Source: Leptogorgia sarmentosa
Taxonomy: Eukaryota
Reading direction: 5' to 3'
Length of the DNA stretch: 64,000 bases
Assembly: GCA_964658305.1 (NCBI GenBank)
Contig: OZ210885.1
Coordinates: 26,288,001 to 26,352,000, forward strand
Under the pieces are notes generated by a model, which had not been told where the DNA came from, made no database searches, and saw only the letters and a program-made list of their open reading frames with translations. A program made the position numbers and the translations under genes. The first letter of the stretch is position 1. Every line of letters begins with the position of its first letter. Below, piece by piece: positions 47,301 through 64,000 of the stretch.

Positions 47301-50300
47301 TGATTAGCGATCATATTAACGATCATGATTATGATTAACGATGATGATTTTGATTAACGATCGTGATTATGATTAAAGATTATGATTATGATTAATGATC
47401 ATGATTATGACTAACGATCATGATTAACGATCATGATTATGATTAACTATCATGATTATGATTAACGATCATGATTATGATTAACGATCATGATTACGAT
47501 TAACGATTATGATTATGATTGGCGATCATGATTATGATTAACGATCCTGAATATGATTAACGATCCTGATTATGATTAACGATCATGATTATCTTTGACG
47601 ATCATAGTTATCATTAACGATCATGATTATGATTAACGATCATGATTATTATTAACCATCATAATTAACGATCATGCTTATGATAAACGATCATAATAAA
47701 GACTCACGATCATGATTATCATTACTGATTATGATTAACGATCACGATTATGATTAACGATCATGATTAATATTAACGATCATGATTATGATTAACGATA
47801 ATGATTGTGTTTAACGATCATGATTAAGATCAACGATCATGATATGATTAACGAACATGATTATGTTTAATGATCGTGATTAACGATCATGATTATGATT
47901 AACGATCATCATTATGATTAACGATCATGAATATGATTAACGATCATGATTATGATTAACGATCATGATTACGATTAACGATCATGATTATGATTAACGA
48001 TGATGATTGACCATCAGGAATTCGATTTATGATCATGATTATGATTAGCGGTCATGAATATGATTAACGATCATGATTATGATTAGCGGTCATGATTATG
48101 ATTGTCGATCATGATTATGATTAACGATCATGAATATGATTAACGATCAGGATTATGATTAACGATCATGATTGACGATCGTGATTTTGATTAACGAACA
48201 TGATGATGATTGACGATCATGATTATGATTAACGATCATGAATATGATTAACGATCATGATTGACGATCATGAATATGATTAACAATCATGATTATGATT
48301 AGCGGTCACGATTATGATTGACGATCATGATTATGATGAACGATCATGATTATGATTAACGATCATGATTATGATTAACGTTCGTGATTATGATTAACTG
48401 TCATGATTATAATTAACGATCATCCTTATGATAAACGATCATAATAAAGATTCACGATCATGATTATCACTACTGATTATGATTAATGATCATGATTATG
48501 ATTAACGATCATGATTATGATTAACGATCGTGATTATGATTAACGATCATCAATTCGATTAACGATCATGATTATGATCAAAGATCATGATTAGCGATCA
48601 TATTAACGATCATGATTATGATTAACGATGATGATTTTGATTAACGATCATGATTATGATTAAAGATTATGATTATGATTAATGATCATGATTATGATTA
48701 ACGATCATGATTAACGATCATGATTATGATTAACTATCATGATTATGATTAACGATCATGATTATGATTAACGATCATGATTACGATTAACGATTATGAT
48801 TATGATTGGCGATCATGATTATGATTAACGATCCTGAATATGATTAACGATCCTGATTATGATTAACGATCATGATTATCTTTGACGATCATAGTTATCA
48901 TTAACGATCATGATTATGATTAACGATCATGATTATTATTAACCATCATAATTAACGATCATGCTTATGATAAACGATCATAATAAAGACTCACGATCAT
49001 GATTATCATTACTGATTATGATTAACGATCACGATTATGATTAACGATCATGATTAATATTAACGATCATGATTATGATTAACGATAATGATTGTGTTTA
49101 ACGATCATGATTAAGATCAACGATCATGATTATGATTAACGAACATGATTATGTTTAATGATCGTGATTAACGATCATGATTATGATTAACGATCATCAT
49201 TATGATTAACGATCATGAATATGATTAACGATCATGATTATGATTAACGATCATGATTACGATTAACGATCATGATTATGATTAACGATGATGATTGACG
49301 ATCAGGAATTCGATTTATGATCATGATTATGATTAACGATCATGACCATGATTAACGATCATGATTATGATTAACGATGATGATTGACGATCATGAATTT
49401 GATTAATTATCATAATTATGATTAACGATCATGATTATGATTAGCGGTCATGATTATGATTGTCGATCATGATTATGATTAACGATCATGAATATGATTA
49501 ACGATCAGGATTATGATTAACGATCATGATTGACGATCGTGATTTTGATTAAAGAACATGATGATGATTGACGATCATGATTATGATTAACGATCATGAA
49601 TATGATTAACGATCATGATTTACGATCATGAATATGATTAACAATCATGATTATGATTAACGGTCACGATTATGATTGACGATCATGATTATGATTAACG
49701 ATCATGATTATGATTAGCGGTCATGATTATGATTGTCGATCATGATTATGATTAACGATCATGAATATGATTAACGATCATGATTATGATTAACAATCAT
49801 GATTGACGATCATGATTATGATTAACAATCATGATGATGATTGACGATCATGATTATGATTAACGATCATGAATATGATTAACGATCATGATTGACGATC
49901 ATGATTATGATTGATTATCATGATTATGATTAGCGGTCATGATTATGATTGACGATCATAATTATGATTAACGATCACGAATATGATTGAGGATCATGAT
50001 TATGATTAGCGGTCATGATTATGATTAACGATCATGATTATGATTAACGATCATGATTATGATTAACGATCACGATTATGATTAACGATCATGAATATGA
50101 TTAACGATCATGATTATGATTAACGATCATGATTACGATTAACGATTATGATTATGATTGACGATCATCATTATGATTAACGATCCTGAATATGATTAAC
50201 GATCATGATTATGATTAACGATCATGATTATCTTTGACGATCATGGTTATCATTAACGATCATGATTATGAATAACGATCATGATTATTATTAACCATCA

Positions 50301-53300
50301 TGATTAACGATCATGATTAACGATCATGATCATGATTAACGATCACGATTATGATTAACGATCATGATTATGATTAACGTTCGTGATTATGATTAGCGGT
50401 CATGATAATGATTAACGATCATGTTTATGATTAACGATCATGATTATGATTAACGATCACGATTATGATTAACGATCATCAATATGATTAACGATCATGA
50501 TTATGATTAACGGTGATGATTGACTATCAGGAATTCGATTAACGATCATGATTATGATTAACGATCATGACCATGATTAACGATCATGATTATGATTAGC
50601 GGTCATGATTATGATTGACGATCATGATTATGATTAACTGTCATGATTATAATTAACTATCATGCTTATGATAAACGATCATAATAAAGATTCACGGTCA
50701 TGATTATCTTTACTGATTATGATTATGATTAACGATCATTATTATGATTAACAATCATGATTATAATTAACTATCATTCTTATAATAAACGGTCATAATA
50801 AAGATTCACGATTATGATTATCATTACTGATTATGATTAACGACCATGATTATGATTAACGATCATGATCAACGATCATGATTACGATTACGATCATGAT
50901 TATGATTAACGATCATAATTATTATGAACGATATTGATTAACAACCATGATTATGATTAACCATCATGATTAGCGATCATCATTATGATTGACGATCATG
51001 ATTATGATTAACAATCATGATTATCATTGACGATCATGGTTATGATTAACGATAGTGATTATGAATGACGACCATGATTATGATTAACGATCATGATTAA
51101 CGATCATGATTATCGATCATGATTAACGATCATGATTATGACTAACGATCATGAATTTTGAATTAATTTTGATTATGATTATGATTGACGATCATGGTTA
51201 TGATTAACGATCCTGAATATGATTAACGATCATGATTATGATTAACGATCATGATTATCTTTGACGATCATGGTTATCATTAACGATCATGATTATGATT
51301 AACGATCATGATTATGATTAACGATCATGATTATGTTTGACGATCATGGTTATGATTAACGATCATGATTATGATTAACCATCATGATTAACGATCATGA
51401 TTAACGATCATGATGATGATTAACGATCACGATTATGATTAACGATCATGATTATGATTAACGTTCGTGATTATGATTAACTGTCATGATTATAATTAAC
51501 GATCATGCTTATGATAAACGATCATAATAAAGATTCACGATCATGATTATCACTACTGATTATGATTAATGATCATGATTATGATTAACGATCATGATTA
51601 TGATTAACGATCGTGATTATGATTAACGATCATGAATTTGATTAACGATCATGATTATGATCAATGATCGTGATTAGCGATCATATTAACGATCATGATT
51701 ATGATTAACGATGATGATTTTGATTAACGATCATGATTATGATTAAAGATTATGATTATGATTAATGATCATGATTATGATTAACGATCATGATTAACGA
51801 TCATGATTATGATTAACTATCATGATTATGATTAACGATCATGATTATGATAAACGATCATGATTACGATTAACGATTATGATTATGATTGACGATCATG
51901 ATTATGATTAACGATCCTGAATATGATTAACGATCATGATTATGATTAACGATCATGATTATCTTTGACGATCATGGTTATCATTAACGATCATGATTAT
52001 GATTAACGATCATGATTATTATTAACCATCATAATTAACGCGCATGCTTATGATAAACGATCATAATAAAACTCACGATCATGATTATCATTACTGATTA
52101 TGATTAACGATCACGATTATGATTAACGATCATGATTATAATTAACGATCATGCTTATGATAAACGATCATAATAAAGATTCACGATCATGATTATCACT
52201 ACTGATTATGATTAATGATCATGATTATGATTAACGATCATGATTATGATTAACGATCGTGATTATGATTAACGATCATGAATTTGATTAACGATCATGA
52301 TTATGATCAATGATCGTGATTAGCGATCATATTAACGATCATGATTATGATTAACGATGATGATTTTGATTAACGATCATGATTATGATTAAAGATTATG
52401 ATTATGATTAATGATCATGATTATGATTAACGATCATGATTAACGATCATGATTATGATTAACTATCATGATTATGATTAACGATCATGATTATGATAAA
52501 CGATCATGATTACGATTAACGATTATGATTATGATTGACGATCATGATTATGATTAACGATCCTGAATATGATTAACGATCATGATTATGATTAACGATC
52601 ATGATTATCTTTGACGATCATGGTTATCATTAACGATCATGATTATGATTAACGATCATGATTATTATTAACCATCATAATTAACGCGCATGCTTATGAT
52701 AAACGATCATAATAAAACTCACGATCATGATTATCATTACTGATTATGATTAACGATCACGATTATGATTAACGATCATGATTAATATTAACGATCATGA
52801 TTATGATTAACGAACATGATTATGTTTAATGATCGTGATTAACGATCATGATTATGATTAACGATCATGATTATGATTAACGATCATGAATATGATTAAC
52901 GATCATGATTATGATTAACGATCATGATTACGATTAACGATCATGATTATGATTAACGATGATGATTGACGATCAGGAATTCGATTTATGATCATGATTA
53001 TGATTAACGATCATGACCATGATTAACGATCATGATTATGATTAACGATGATGATTGACGATCATGAATTTGAATAATTATTATAATTATGATTAGCGGT
53101 CATGATTATGATTGACGATCATGATTATGATTAACGATCATGATTATGATTAACGATCACGATTATGATTAACGATCATGAATATGATTAACGTTCATGA
53201 TTATGATTAACGATCATGATTACGATTAACGATTATGATTATGATTGACGATCATCATTATGATTAACGATCCTGAATATGATTAACGATCATGATTATG

Positions 53301-56300
53301 ATTAACGATCATGATTATCTTTGACGATCATGGTTATCATTAACGATCATTATTATGAATAACGATCATGATTATTATTAACCATCATGATTAACGATCA
53401 TGATTAACGATCATGATCATGATTAACGATCACGATTATGATTAACGATCATGATTATGATTAACGTTCGTGATTATGATTAGCGGTCATGATAATGATT
53501 AACGATCATGTTTATGATTAACGATCATGATTATGATTAACGATCACGATTATGATTAACGATCATGAATACGATTAACGATCATGATTATGATTAACGA
53601 TCATGATTACGATTAACGATGATGATTATGATTGACGATGATGATTGACTATCAGGAATTCGATTTACCATCATGATTATGATTAACGATCATGACCATG
53701 ATTAACGATCATGATTATGATTAGCGGTCATGATTATGATTGACGATCATGATTATGATTAACTGTCATGATTATAATTAACTATCATGCTTATGATAAA
53801 CGATCATAATAAAGATTCACGGTCATGATTATCATTACTGATTATGATTAACGATCATTATTATGATTAACAATCATGATTATAATTAACTATCATTCTT
53901 ATAATAAACGGTCATAATAAAGATTCACGATTATGATTATCATTACTGATTATGATTAACGACCATGATTATGATTAACGATCATGATCAACGATCATGA
54001 TTACGATTACGATCATGATTATGATTAACGATCATAATTATTATTAACGATATTGATTAACAACCATGATTATGATTAACCATCATGATTAGCGATCATC
54101 ATTATGATTGACGATCATGATTATGATTAACAATCATGATTATCATTGACGATCATGGTTATGATTAACGATAGTGATTATGAATGACGATCATGATTAT
54201 GATTAACTATCATGATTAACGATCATGATTATCGATCATGATTAACGATCATGATTATGACTAACGATCATGAATTTTGAATTAATTTTGATTATGATTA
54301 TGATTGACGATCATGATTATGATTAACGATCCTGAATATGATTAACGATCATGATTATGATTAACGATCATGATTATCTTTGACGATCATGGTTATCATT
54401 AACGATCATGATTATGATTAACGATCATGATTATGATTAACGATCATGATTATGTTTGACGATCATGGTTATGATTAACGATCATGATTATGATTAACCA
54501 TCATGATTAACGATCATGATTAACGATCATGATGATGATTAACGATCACGATTATGATTAACTGTCATGATTATAATTAACGATCATGCTTATGATAAAC
54601 GATCATAATAAAGATTCACGATCATGATTATCACTACTGATTATGATTAATGATCATGATTATGATTAACGATCATGATTATGATTAACGATCGTGATTA
54701 TGATTAACGATCATGAATTTGATTAACGATCATGATTATGATCAATGATCGTGATTAGCGATCATATTAACGATCATGATTATGATTAACGATGATGATT
54801 TTGATTAACGATCATGATTATGATTAAAGATTATGATTATGATTAATGATCATGATTATGATTAACGATCATGATTAACGATCATGATTATGATTAACTA
54901 TCATGATTATGATTAACGATCATGATTATGATAAACGATCATGATTACGATTAACGATTATGATTATGATTGACGATCATGATTATGATTAACGATCCTG
55001 AATATGATTAACGATCATGATTATGATTAACGATCATGATTATCTTTGACGATCATGGTTATCATTAACGATCATGATTATGATTAATGATCATGATTAT
55101 TATTAACCATCATAATTAACGCGCATGCTTATGATAAACGATCATAATAAAACTCACGATCATGATTATCATTACTGATTATGATTAACGATCACGATTA
55201 TGATTAACGATCATGATTAATATTAACGATCATGATTATGATTAACGAACATGATTATGTTTAATGATCGTGATTAACGATCATGATTATGATTAACGAT
55301 CATGATTATGATTAACGATCATGAATATGATTAACGATCATGATTATGATTAACGATCATGATTACGATTAACGATCATGATTATGATTAACGATGATGA
55401 TTGACGATCAGGAATTCGATTTATGATCATGATTATGATTAACGATCATGACCATGATTAACGATCATGATTATGATTAACGATGATGATTGACGATCAT
55501 GAATTTGATTAATTATTATAATTATGATTAGCGGTCATGATTATGATTGACGATCATGATTATGATTAACGATCATGATTATGATTAACGATCACGATTA
55601 TGATTAACGATCATGAATATGATTAACGTTCATGATTATGATTATGATCATGATTACGATTAACGATTATGATTATGATTGACGATCATCATTATGATTA
55701 ACGATCCTGAATATGATTAACGATCATGATTATGATTAACGATCATGATTATCTTTGACGATCATGGTTATCATTAACGATCATGATTATGAATAACGAT
55801 CATGATTATTATTAACCATCATGATTAACGATCATGATTAACGATCATGATCATGATTAACGATCACGATTATGATTAACGATCATGATTATGATTAACG
55901 TTCGTGATTATGATTAGCGGTCATGAAAATGATTAACGATCATGTTTATGATTAACGATCATGATTATGATTAACGATCACGATTATGATTAACGATCAT
56001 GAATATGATTAACGATCATGATTATGATTAACGATCATGATTACGATTAACGATGATGATTATTATTGACGATGATGATTGACTATCAGGAATTCGATTT
56101 ACGATCATGATTATGATTAACGATCATGACCATGATTAACGATCATGATTATGATTAGCGGTCATGATTATGATTGACGATCATGATTATGATTAACTGT
56201 CATGATTATAATTAACTATCATGCTTATGATAAACGATCATAATAAAGATTCACGGTCATGATTATCATTACTGATTATGATTAACGATCATTATTATGA

Positions 56301-57609
56301 TTAACAATCATCATTATAATTAACTATCATTCTTATAATAAACGGTCATAATAAAGATTCACGATTATGATTATCATTACTGATTATGATTAACGACCAT
56401 GATTATGATTAACGATCATGATCAACGATCATGATTACGATTACGATCATGATTATGATTAACGATCATAATTATTATTAACGATATTGATTAACAACCA
56501 TGATTATGATTAACCATCATGATTAGCGATCATCATTATGATTGACGATCATGATTATGATTAACAATCATGATTATCATTGACGATCATGGTTATGATT
56601 AACGATAGTGATTATGAATGACGATCATGATTATGATTAACGATCATGATTAACGATCATGATTATCGATCATGATTAACGATCATGATTATGACTAACG
56701 ATCATGAATTTTGAATTAATTTTGATTATGATTATGATTGACGATCATGATTATGATTAACGATCCTGAATATGATTAACGATCATGATTATGATTAACG
56801 ATCATGATTATCTTTGACGATCATGGTTATCATTAACGATCATGATTATGATTAACGATCATGATTATGATTAACGATCATGATTATGTTTGACGATCAT
56901 GGTTATGATTAACGATCATGATTATGATTAACCATCATGATTAACGATCATGATTAACGATCATGATGATGATTAACGATCACGATTATGATTAACTGTC
57001 ATGATTATAATTAACGATCATGCTTATGATAAACGATCATAATAAAGATTCACGATCATGATTATCACTACTGATTATGATTAATGATCATGATTATGAT
57101 TAACGATCATGATTATGATTAACGATCGTGATTATGATTAACGATCATGAATTTGATTAACGATCATGATTATGATTAGCGGTCATGATTATGATTGACG
57201 ATCATGATTATGATTAACGATCATGTATATGATAAAGGATCATGATCATGATTAACGAACATGATTATGTTTAATGATCGTGATTAACGATCATGATTAT
57301 GATTAACGATCATGATTATGATTAACGATCATGAATATGATTAACGATCATGATTATGATTAACGATCATGATTACGATTAACGATCATGATTATGATTA
57401 ACGATGATGATTGACGATCAGGAATTCGATTTATGATCATGATTATGATTAACGATCATGACCATGATTAACGATCATGATTATGATTAACGATGATGAT
57501 TGACGATCATGAATTTGATTAATTATTATAATTATGATTAGCGGTCATGATTATGATTGACGATCATGATTATGATTAACGTTCATGAATATGATTAACG
57601 ATCATGATT
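32393..57609 (+). repeat. 19-bp satellite array, central arm; more divergent variant set
   Basis: Same monomer and orientation as the left arm. Recurrent variants include CAGGAATTCGATTT, CCGCCATG, GCTTATGATAAACGATCATAATAAAGA and TTATCTTTGAC. Confidence 0.98.
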
Positions 57610-60600
57610 AATCATAATCATAATCTTTAATCGTAATCATGATCGTTAATCAAAATCATCATCGTTAATCATAATCATGATCGTTAATATGATCGTTAAT
57701 CATGATCTTTGATCATAATCATGATCGTTAATCAAATTCATGATCGTTAATCATGATCGTTGATCATAATCATGATCGTTAATCATAATCATGATCGTTA
57801 ATAATAACCATGATCGTTAATCGTAATCATGATCGTTAATCATAGTCATCATCGTTAATCATATTCAGGATCTTTAATCATATTCATGATCGTTAATCAT
57901 AATCATGATCGTTAAGCATAATCATGATCGTTAATCATGATCGTTTATAATAATCATGATCATTAATCATAATCATAATCTTTAATCATGATCATGATCG
58001 TTAATCATAACCATGATCGTCAATGATAATTATGATCGTAAATCATAATCATGATCGCTAATCATATTCAGGATTGTTAATCATAATCACGATCCTCAAT
58101 CATAATCATAATCATAATCGCTAATCAAAATCATGATCGTTAATCATAATCATGGTCGTTAATCATAATCATGATCGTTAATCATGGTCGTAAATCATAA
58201 TCATGATCATTAATCATAATCATAATCTTTAATCATAATCATGATCGTTAATCAAATTCACGGCCGTTAATCATGATCGTTAATCATAGTCATGATCGTT
58301 AATCATAATCATGATCGTTAACCATAATCAGTAATGATAATCATGATCGTGAGTCTTTATTATGATCGTTTATCATAAGCATGATCGTTAATTATAATCA
58401 TGACAGTTTATCATAATCATGAACGTTAATCATATTAATGATCGTTAATCATAATCATGATCGTCAATCATAATCGTGACCGCTAATCATAATCATGATT
58501 GTTAATCATATTCATGATCGTCAATCATGATCGTTAATCATATTCATGATCGTTAATCATAATCATGATCGTCAATCATCATCATGTTTGTTAATCAAAA
58601 TCACGATCGTCAATCATGATCGTTAATCATAATCCTGATCGTTAATCATATTCATGATCGTTAATCATAATCATGATCGACAATCATAGTCATGACCGCT
58701 AATCATAATCATGATCGTTAATCATATTCATGATCGTTAATCATATTCATGAACGTCAATCATAATCATGATCGTCAATGATAATCATGACCGCTAATCA
58801 TAATTATGATAATTAATCAAATTCATGATCGTCAATCATCATCGTTAATCATAATCATGATCGTTAATCATGGTCATGATCGTTAATCATAATCATGATC
58901 GTAAATCGAATTCCTGATCGTCAATCATCATCGTTAATCATAATCATGATCGTTAATCGTAATCATGATCGTTAATCATAATCATGATCGTTAATCATAT
59001 TCATGATCGTTAATCACAATCATGATCGTTAATCATAATCATGATCGTTAATCACGATCATTAAACATAATCATGTTCGTTAATCATAATCATGATCGTT
59101 GATCTTAATCATGATCGTTAAACACAATCATTATCGTTAATCATAATCATGATCGTTAATATTAATCATGATCCTTAATTATAATCATGATTGCTAATCG
59201 TGATCGTTAATCATAATCATGATCGTTAGTCATAATCATGATCGCTAATCATAATCAAGGCGGTTAATCATAATCATGTTCGTTAATCATAATCATGATC
59301 GTTAATCATATTCATGTTCGTTAATCATAATCATGATCGTTAATCATAATCATGATCGTTAATCATCTTCATGATCGTTAATCATAATCATGATCGTCAA
59401 TCATAATCATGACCGCTAATCATAATCATGATCGTTAATCATGGTCATGATCGTTAATCATAATCATGATCGTAAATCGAATTCCTGATAGTCAATCATC
59501 ATCGTCAATCATAATCATCATCATCATCGTTAATCGTAATCATGATCGTTAATCATAATCATGATCGTTAATCATATTCATGATCGTTAATCATAATCGT
59601 GATCGTTAATCATAATCATGATCGTTAATCATAAACATGATCGTTAATCATTATCATGACCGCTAATCATAATCACGAACGTTAATCATAATCATGATCG
59701 TTAATCATAATCGTGATCGTTAATCATGATCATGATCGTTAATCATGATCGTTAATTATGATGGTTAATAATAATCATGATCGTTAATCATAATCATGAT
59801 CGTTAATGATAACCATGATCGTCAAAGATAATCATGATCGTTAATCATAATCATGATCGTTAATCATATTCAGGATCGTTAATCATAATAATGATCGTCA
59901 ATCATAATCATAATCGTTAATCGTAATCATGATCGTTAATCATAATCATGATCGTTAATCATAATCGTGATTTCTAATCATAATCATGATCCTCAATCAT
60001 ATTCGTGATCGTTAATCATAATCATGATCGTCAATTATAATCATGACCGCTAATCATAATCATGATAGTCAATCATAATCATGATCGTTAATCACGATCA
60101 TTAAACATAATCATGTTCGTTAATCATAATCATGATCGTTGATCTTAAAAATGATCGTTAAACACAATCATTATCGTTAATCATAATCATGATCGTTAAT
60201 ATTAATCATGATCCTTAATTATAATCATGATTGCAAATCGTGTTCGTTAATCATAATCATGATCGTTAGTCATAATCATGATCGCTAATCATAATCATGG
60301 CGGTTAATCATAATCATGTTCGTTAATCATAATCATGATCGTTAATCATAATCATGTTCGTTAATCATAATCATGATCGTCAATCATGATCGTTAATCAT
60401 AATCATGATCGTTAATCATATTCATGATAGTTAATCATAATCTTGATCGTCAATCATAATCATGACCGCTAATCATAATCATGATCGTTGATCATATTCA
60501 TGAACGTTAATCATAGTCATGATCGTCAATCATAATCATGACCGCTAATCATAATTATGATAATTAATCAAATTCGTGATCGTCAATCATCATCGTTAAT

Positions 60601-63600
60601 CATAATCATGATCGTTAATCATGGTCATGATCGTTAATCATAATCATGATCGTAAATCGAATTCCTGATCGTCAATCATCATCGTTAATCATAATCATGA
60701 TCGTTAATCATGTTCATGATCGTTAATCACAATCATGATCGTTAATCATAATCATGATCGTTAATCACGATCATTAAACATAATCATGTTCGTTAATCAT
60801 AATCATGATCGTTGATCTTAATCATGATCGTTAAACACAATCATTATCGTTAATCATAATCATGATCGTTAATATTAATCATGATCCTTAATTATAATCA
60901 TGATTGCTAATCGTGATCGTTAATCATAATCATGATCGTTAGTCATAATCATTATTGCTAATCATAATCATGGCGGTTAATCATAATCATGTTCGTTAAT
61001 CATAATCATGATCGTCAATCATAATCATGTTCGTTAATCATCTTCATGATTGTTAAGCATAATCATGATCGTCAATCATAATCATGACCGCTAATCATAA
61101 TCATGATCGTTAATCATGGTCATGATAGTTAATCATAATCATGATCGTAAATCGAATTCCTGATAGTCAATCATCATCGTCAATCATAATCATCATCGTT
61201 AATCGTAATCATGATCGTTAATCATAATCATGATCGTTAATCATATTCATGATCGTTAATCATAATCGTGATCGTTAATCATAATCATGATCGTTAATCA
61301 TAAACATGATCGTTAATCATTATCATGACCGCTAATCATAATCACGAACGTTAATCATAATCATGATCGTTAATCATAATCATGACCGCTAATCATAATC
61401 ATGATCCTCAATCATATTCGTGATCGTTAATCATAATCATGATCGTCAATCATAATCATGACCGCTAATCATAATCATGATAGTCAATCACGATCATTAA
61501 ACATAATCATGTTCGTTAATCATAATCATGATCGTTGATCTTAATCATGATCGTTAAACACAATCATTATCGTTAATCATAATCATGATCGTTAATATTA
61601 ATCATGATCGTTAATCATAATCGTGATCGTTAATCATAATCAGTAATGATAATCATGATCGTGAGTCTTTATTATGATCGTTTATCATAAGCATGATCGT
61701 TAATTATGATGGTTAATAATAATCATGATCGTTAATCATAATCATGATCGTTAATGATAACCATGATCGTCAAAGATAATCATGATCGTTAATCGTAATC
61801 ATGATCGTTAATCATAATCATGATCGTTAATCATATTCATGATCGTTAATCATAATCGTGATCGTTAATCATAATCATGATCGTTAATCATAAACATGAT
61901 CGTTAATCATTATCATGACCGCTAATCATAATCACGAACGTTAATCATAATCATGATCGTTAATCATAATCATGATCGTTAATCATAAACATGATCGTTA
62001 ATCATTATCATGACCGCTAATCATAATCACGAACGTTAATCATAATCGTGATCGTTAATCATGATCATGATCGTTAATCATGATCGTTAATTATGATGGT
62101 TAATAATAATCATGATCGTTAATCATAATCATGATCGTTAATGATAACCATGATCCTCAAAGATAATCATGATCGTTAATCATAATCATGATCGTTAATC
62201 ATATTCAGGATCGTTAATCATAATGATGATCGTCAATCATAATCATAATCGTTAATCGTAATCATGATCGTTAATCATAATCATGATCGTTAATCATAAT
62301 CGTGATCGTTTATCATAATCATGATCATTAATCATAATCATGATCGTTAATCATAATCATGACCGCTAATCATAATCATGATCCTCAATCATATTCGTGA
62401 TCGTTAATCATAATCATGATCGTCAATCATAATCATGACCGCTAATCATAATCATGATAGTCAATCACGATCATTAAACATAATCATGTTCGTTAATCAT
62501 AATCATGATCGTTGATCTTAATCATGATCGTTAAACACAATCATTATCGTTAATCATAATCATGATCGTTAATATTAATCATGATCGTTAATCATAATCG
62601 TGATCGTTAATCATAATCAGTAATGATAATCATGATCGTGAGTCTTTATTATGATCGTTTATCATAAGCATGATCGTTAATTATGATGGTTAATAATAAT
62701 CATGATCGTTAATCATAATCATGATCGTTAATGATAACCATGATCGTCAAAGATAATCATGATCGTTAATCATAATCATGATCGTTAATCATATTCAGGA
62801 TCGTTAATCATAATCATGATCGTCAATCATAATCATAATCGTTAATCGTAATCATGATCGTTAATCATAATCATGATCGTTAATCATAATCATGATAGTT
62901 AATCATAATCATGATCGTTAATCATGATCGTTAATCATAATCATGATCATTAATCATAATCATGATCGTTAATCATAATCATGATCATTAATCATAATCA
63001 TAATCTTTAATCATAATCATGATCGTTAATCAAAATCATCATCGTTAATCATAATCATGATCGTTAATATGATCGCTAATCATGATCTTTGATCATAATC
63101 ATGATCGTTAATCAAATTCATGATCGTTAATCATAATCACGATCGTTAATCATAATCATGATCGTTAATCATAATCATGATCATTAATCATAATCAGTAG
63201 TGATAATCATGATCGTGAATCTCTATTATGATCGTTTATCATAAGCATGATCGTTAATTATAATCATGACAGTTAATCATAATCACGAACGTTAATCATA
63301 ATCATGATCGTTAATCATAATCGTGATCGTTAATCATCATCATGATCGTTAATCATGATCGTTAATCATGATGGTTAATCATAATCATGATCGTTAATCA
63401 TAACCATGATCGTCAAACATAATCATGATCGTTAATCATAATCATGATCGTTAATCATAATCATGATCGTTAATGATAACCATGATCGTCAAAGATAATC
63501 ATGATCGTTAATCATAATCATGATCGTTAATCATATTCAGGATCGTTAATCATAATCATCATCGTCAATCATAATCATAATCGTTAATCGTAATCATGAT

Positions 63601-64000
63601 CGTTAATCATAATCATGATCGTTAATCATAATCATGATAGTTAATCATAATCATGATCGTTAATCATGATCGTTAATGATAATCATGATCATTAATCATA
63701 ATCATAATCTTTAATCATAATCATGATCGTTAATCAAAATCATCATCGTTAATCATAATCATGATCGTTAATATGATCGCTAATCATGATCTTTGATCAT
63801 AATCATGATCGTTAATCAAATTCATGATCGTTAATCATAATCACGATCGTTAATCATAATCATGATCGTTAATCATAATCATGATCATTAATCATAATCA
63901 GTAGTGATAATCATGCTCGTGAATCTTTATTATGATCGTTTATCATAAGCATGATCGTTAATTATAATCATGACAGTTAATCATAATCACGAACGTTAAT
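57610..64000 (-). repeat. 19-bp satellite array in inverted orientation (ATAATCATGATCGTTAATC on + strand)
   Basis: Reverse complement of the monomer from ATGATT|AATCAT (57604-57615) to the window end; carries the same variants as the central arm. Confidence 0.98.

Noticed and set aside
1..64000. CRISPR array, iterons or Dam/GATC regulatory array
   Set aside because: No unique spacers and no cas or other prokaryotic genes. The element with spliceosomal-type intron signals indicates a eukaryotic genome.

Overview
Eukaryotic satellite (heterochromatin-like) DNA. About 62 kb of the window is a tandem array of a 19-bp monomer (GATTAAC-GATCAT-GATTAT) with 13-bp and other variants, nested tandem duplications of about 0.65-8 kb, and a switch of array orientation at about 57,610. 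The only non-satellite sequence is a 2,055-bp DNA transposon (30,338-32,392) inserted into a satellite TTAA. It has a TTAA target-site duplication, AG..CT termini and 35-bp terminal inverted repeats (TIRs), i.e. Kolobok-superfamily structure. It retains two decayed, convergent gene remnants missed by the ORF track: a THAP zinc-finger N-terminus of the transposase (minus strand) and two exons of a KolX / P2X7-ballast-like gene (plus strand). Mirrored subterminal modules with CRE, YY1-like and ETS-like motifs lie upstream of each. Empty-site copies of the insertion locus occur elsewhere in the array. The three supplied ORFs are antisense shadows. No intact genes, RNA genes or CRISPR arrays were found. 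All alignments and offsets were read by eye, and protein family calls come from recalled motifs, not from searches.
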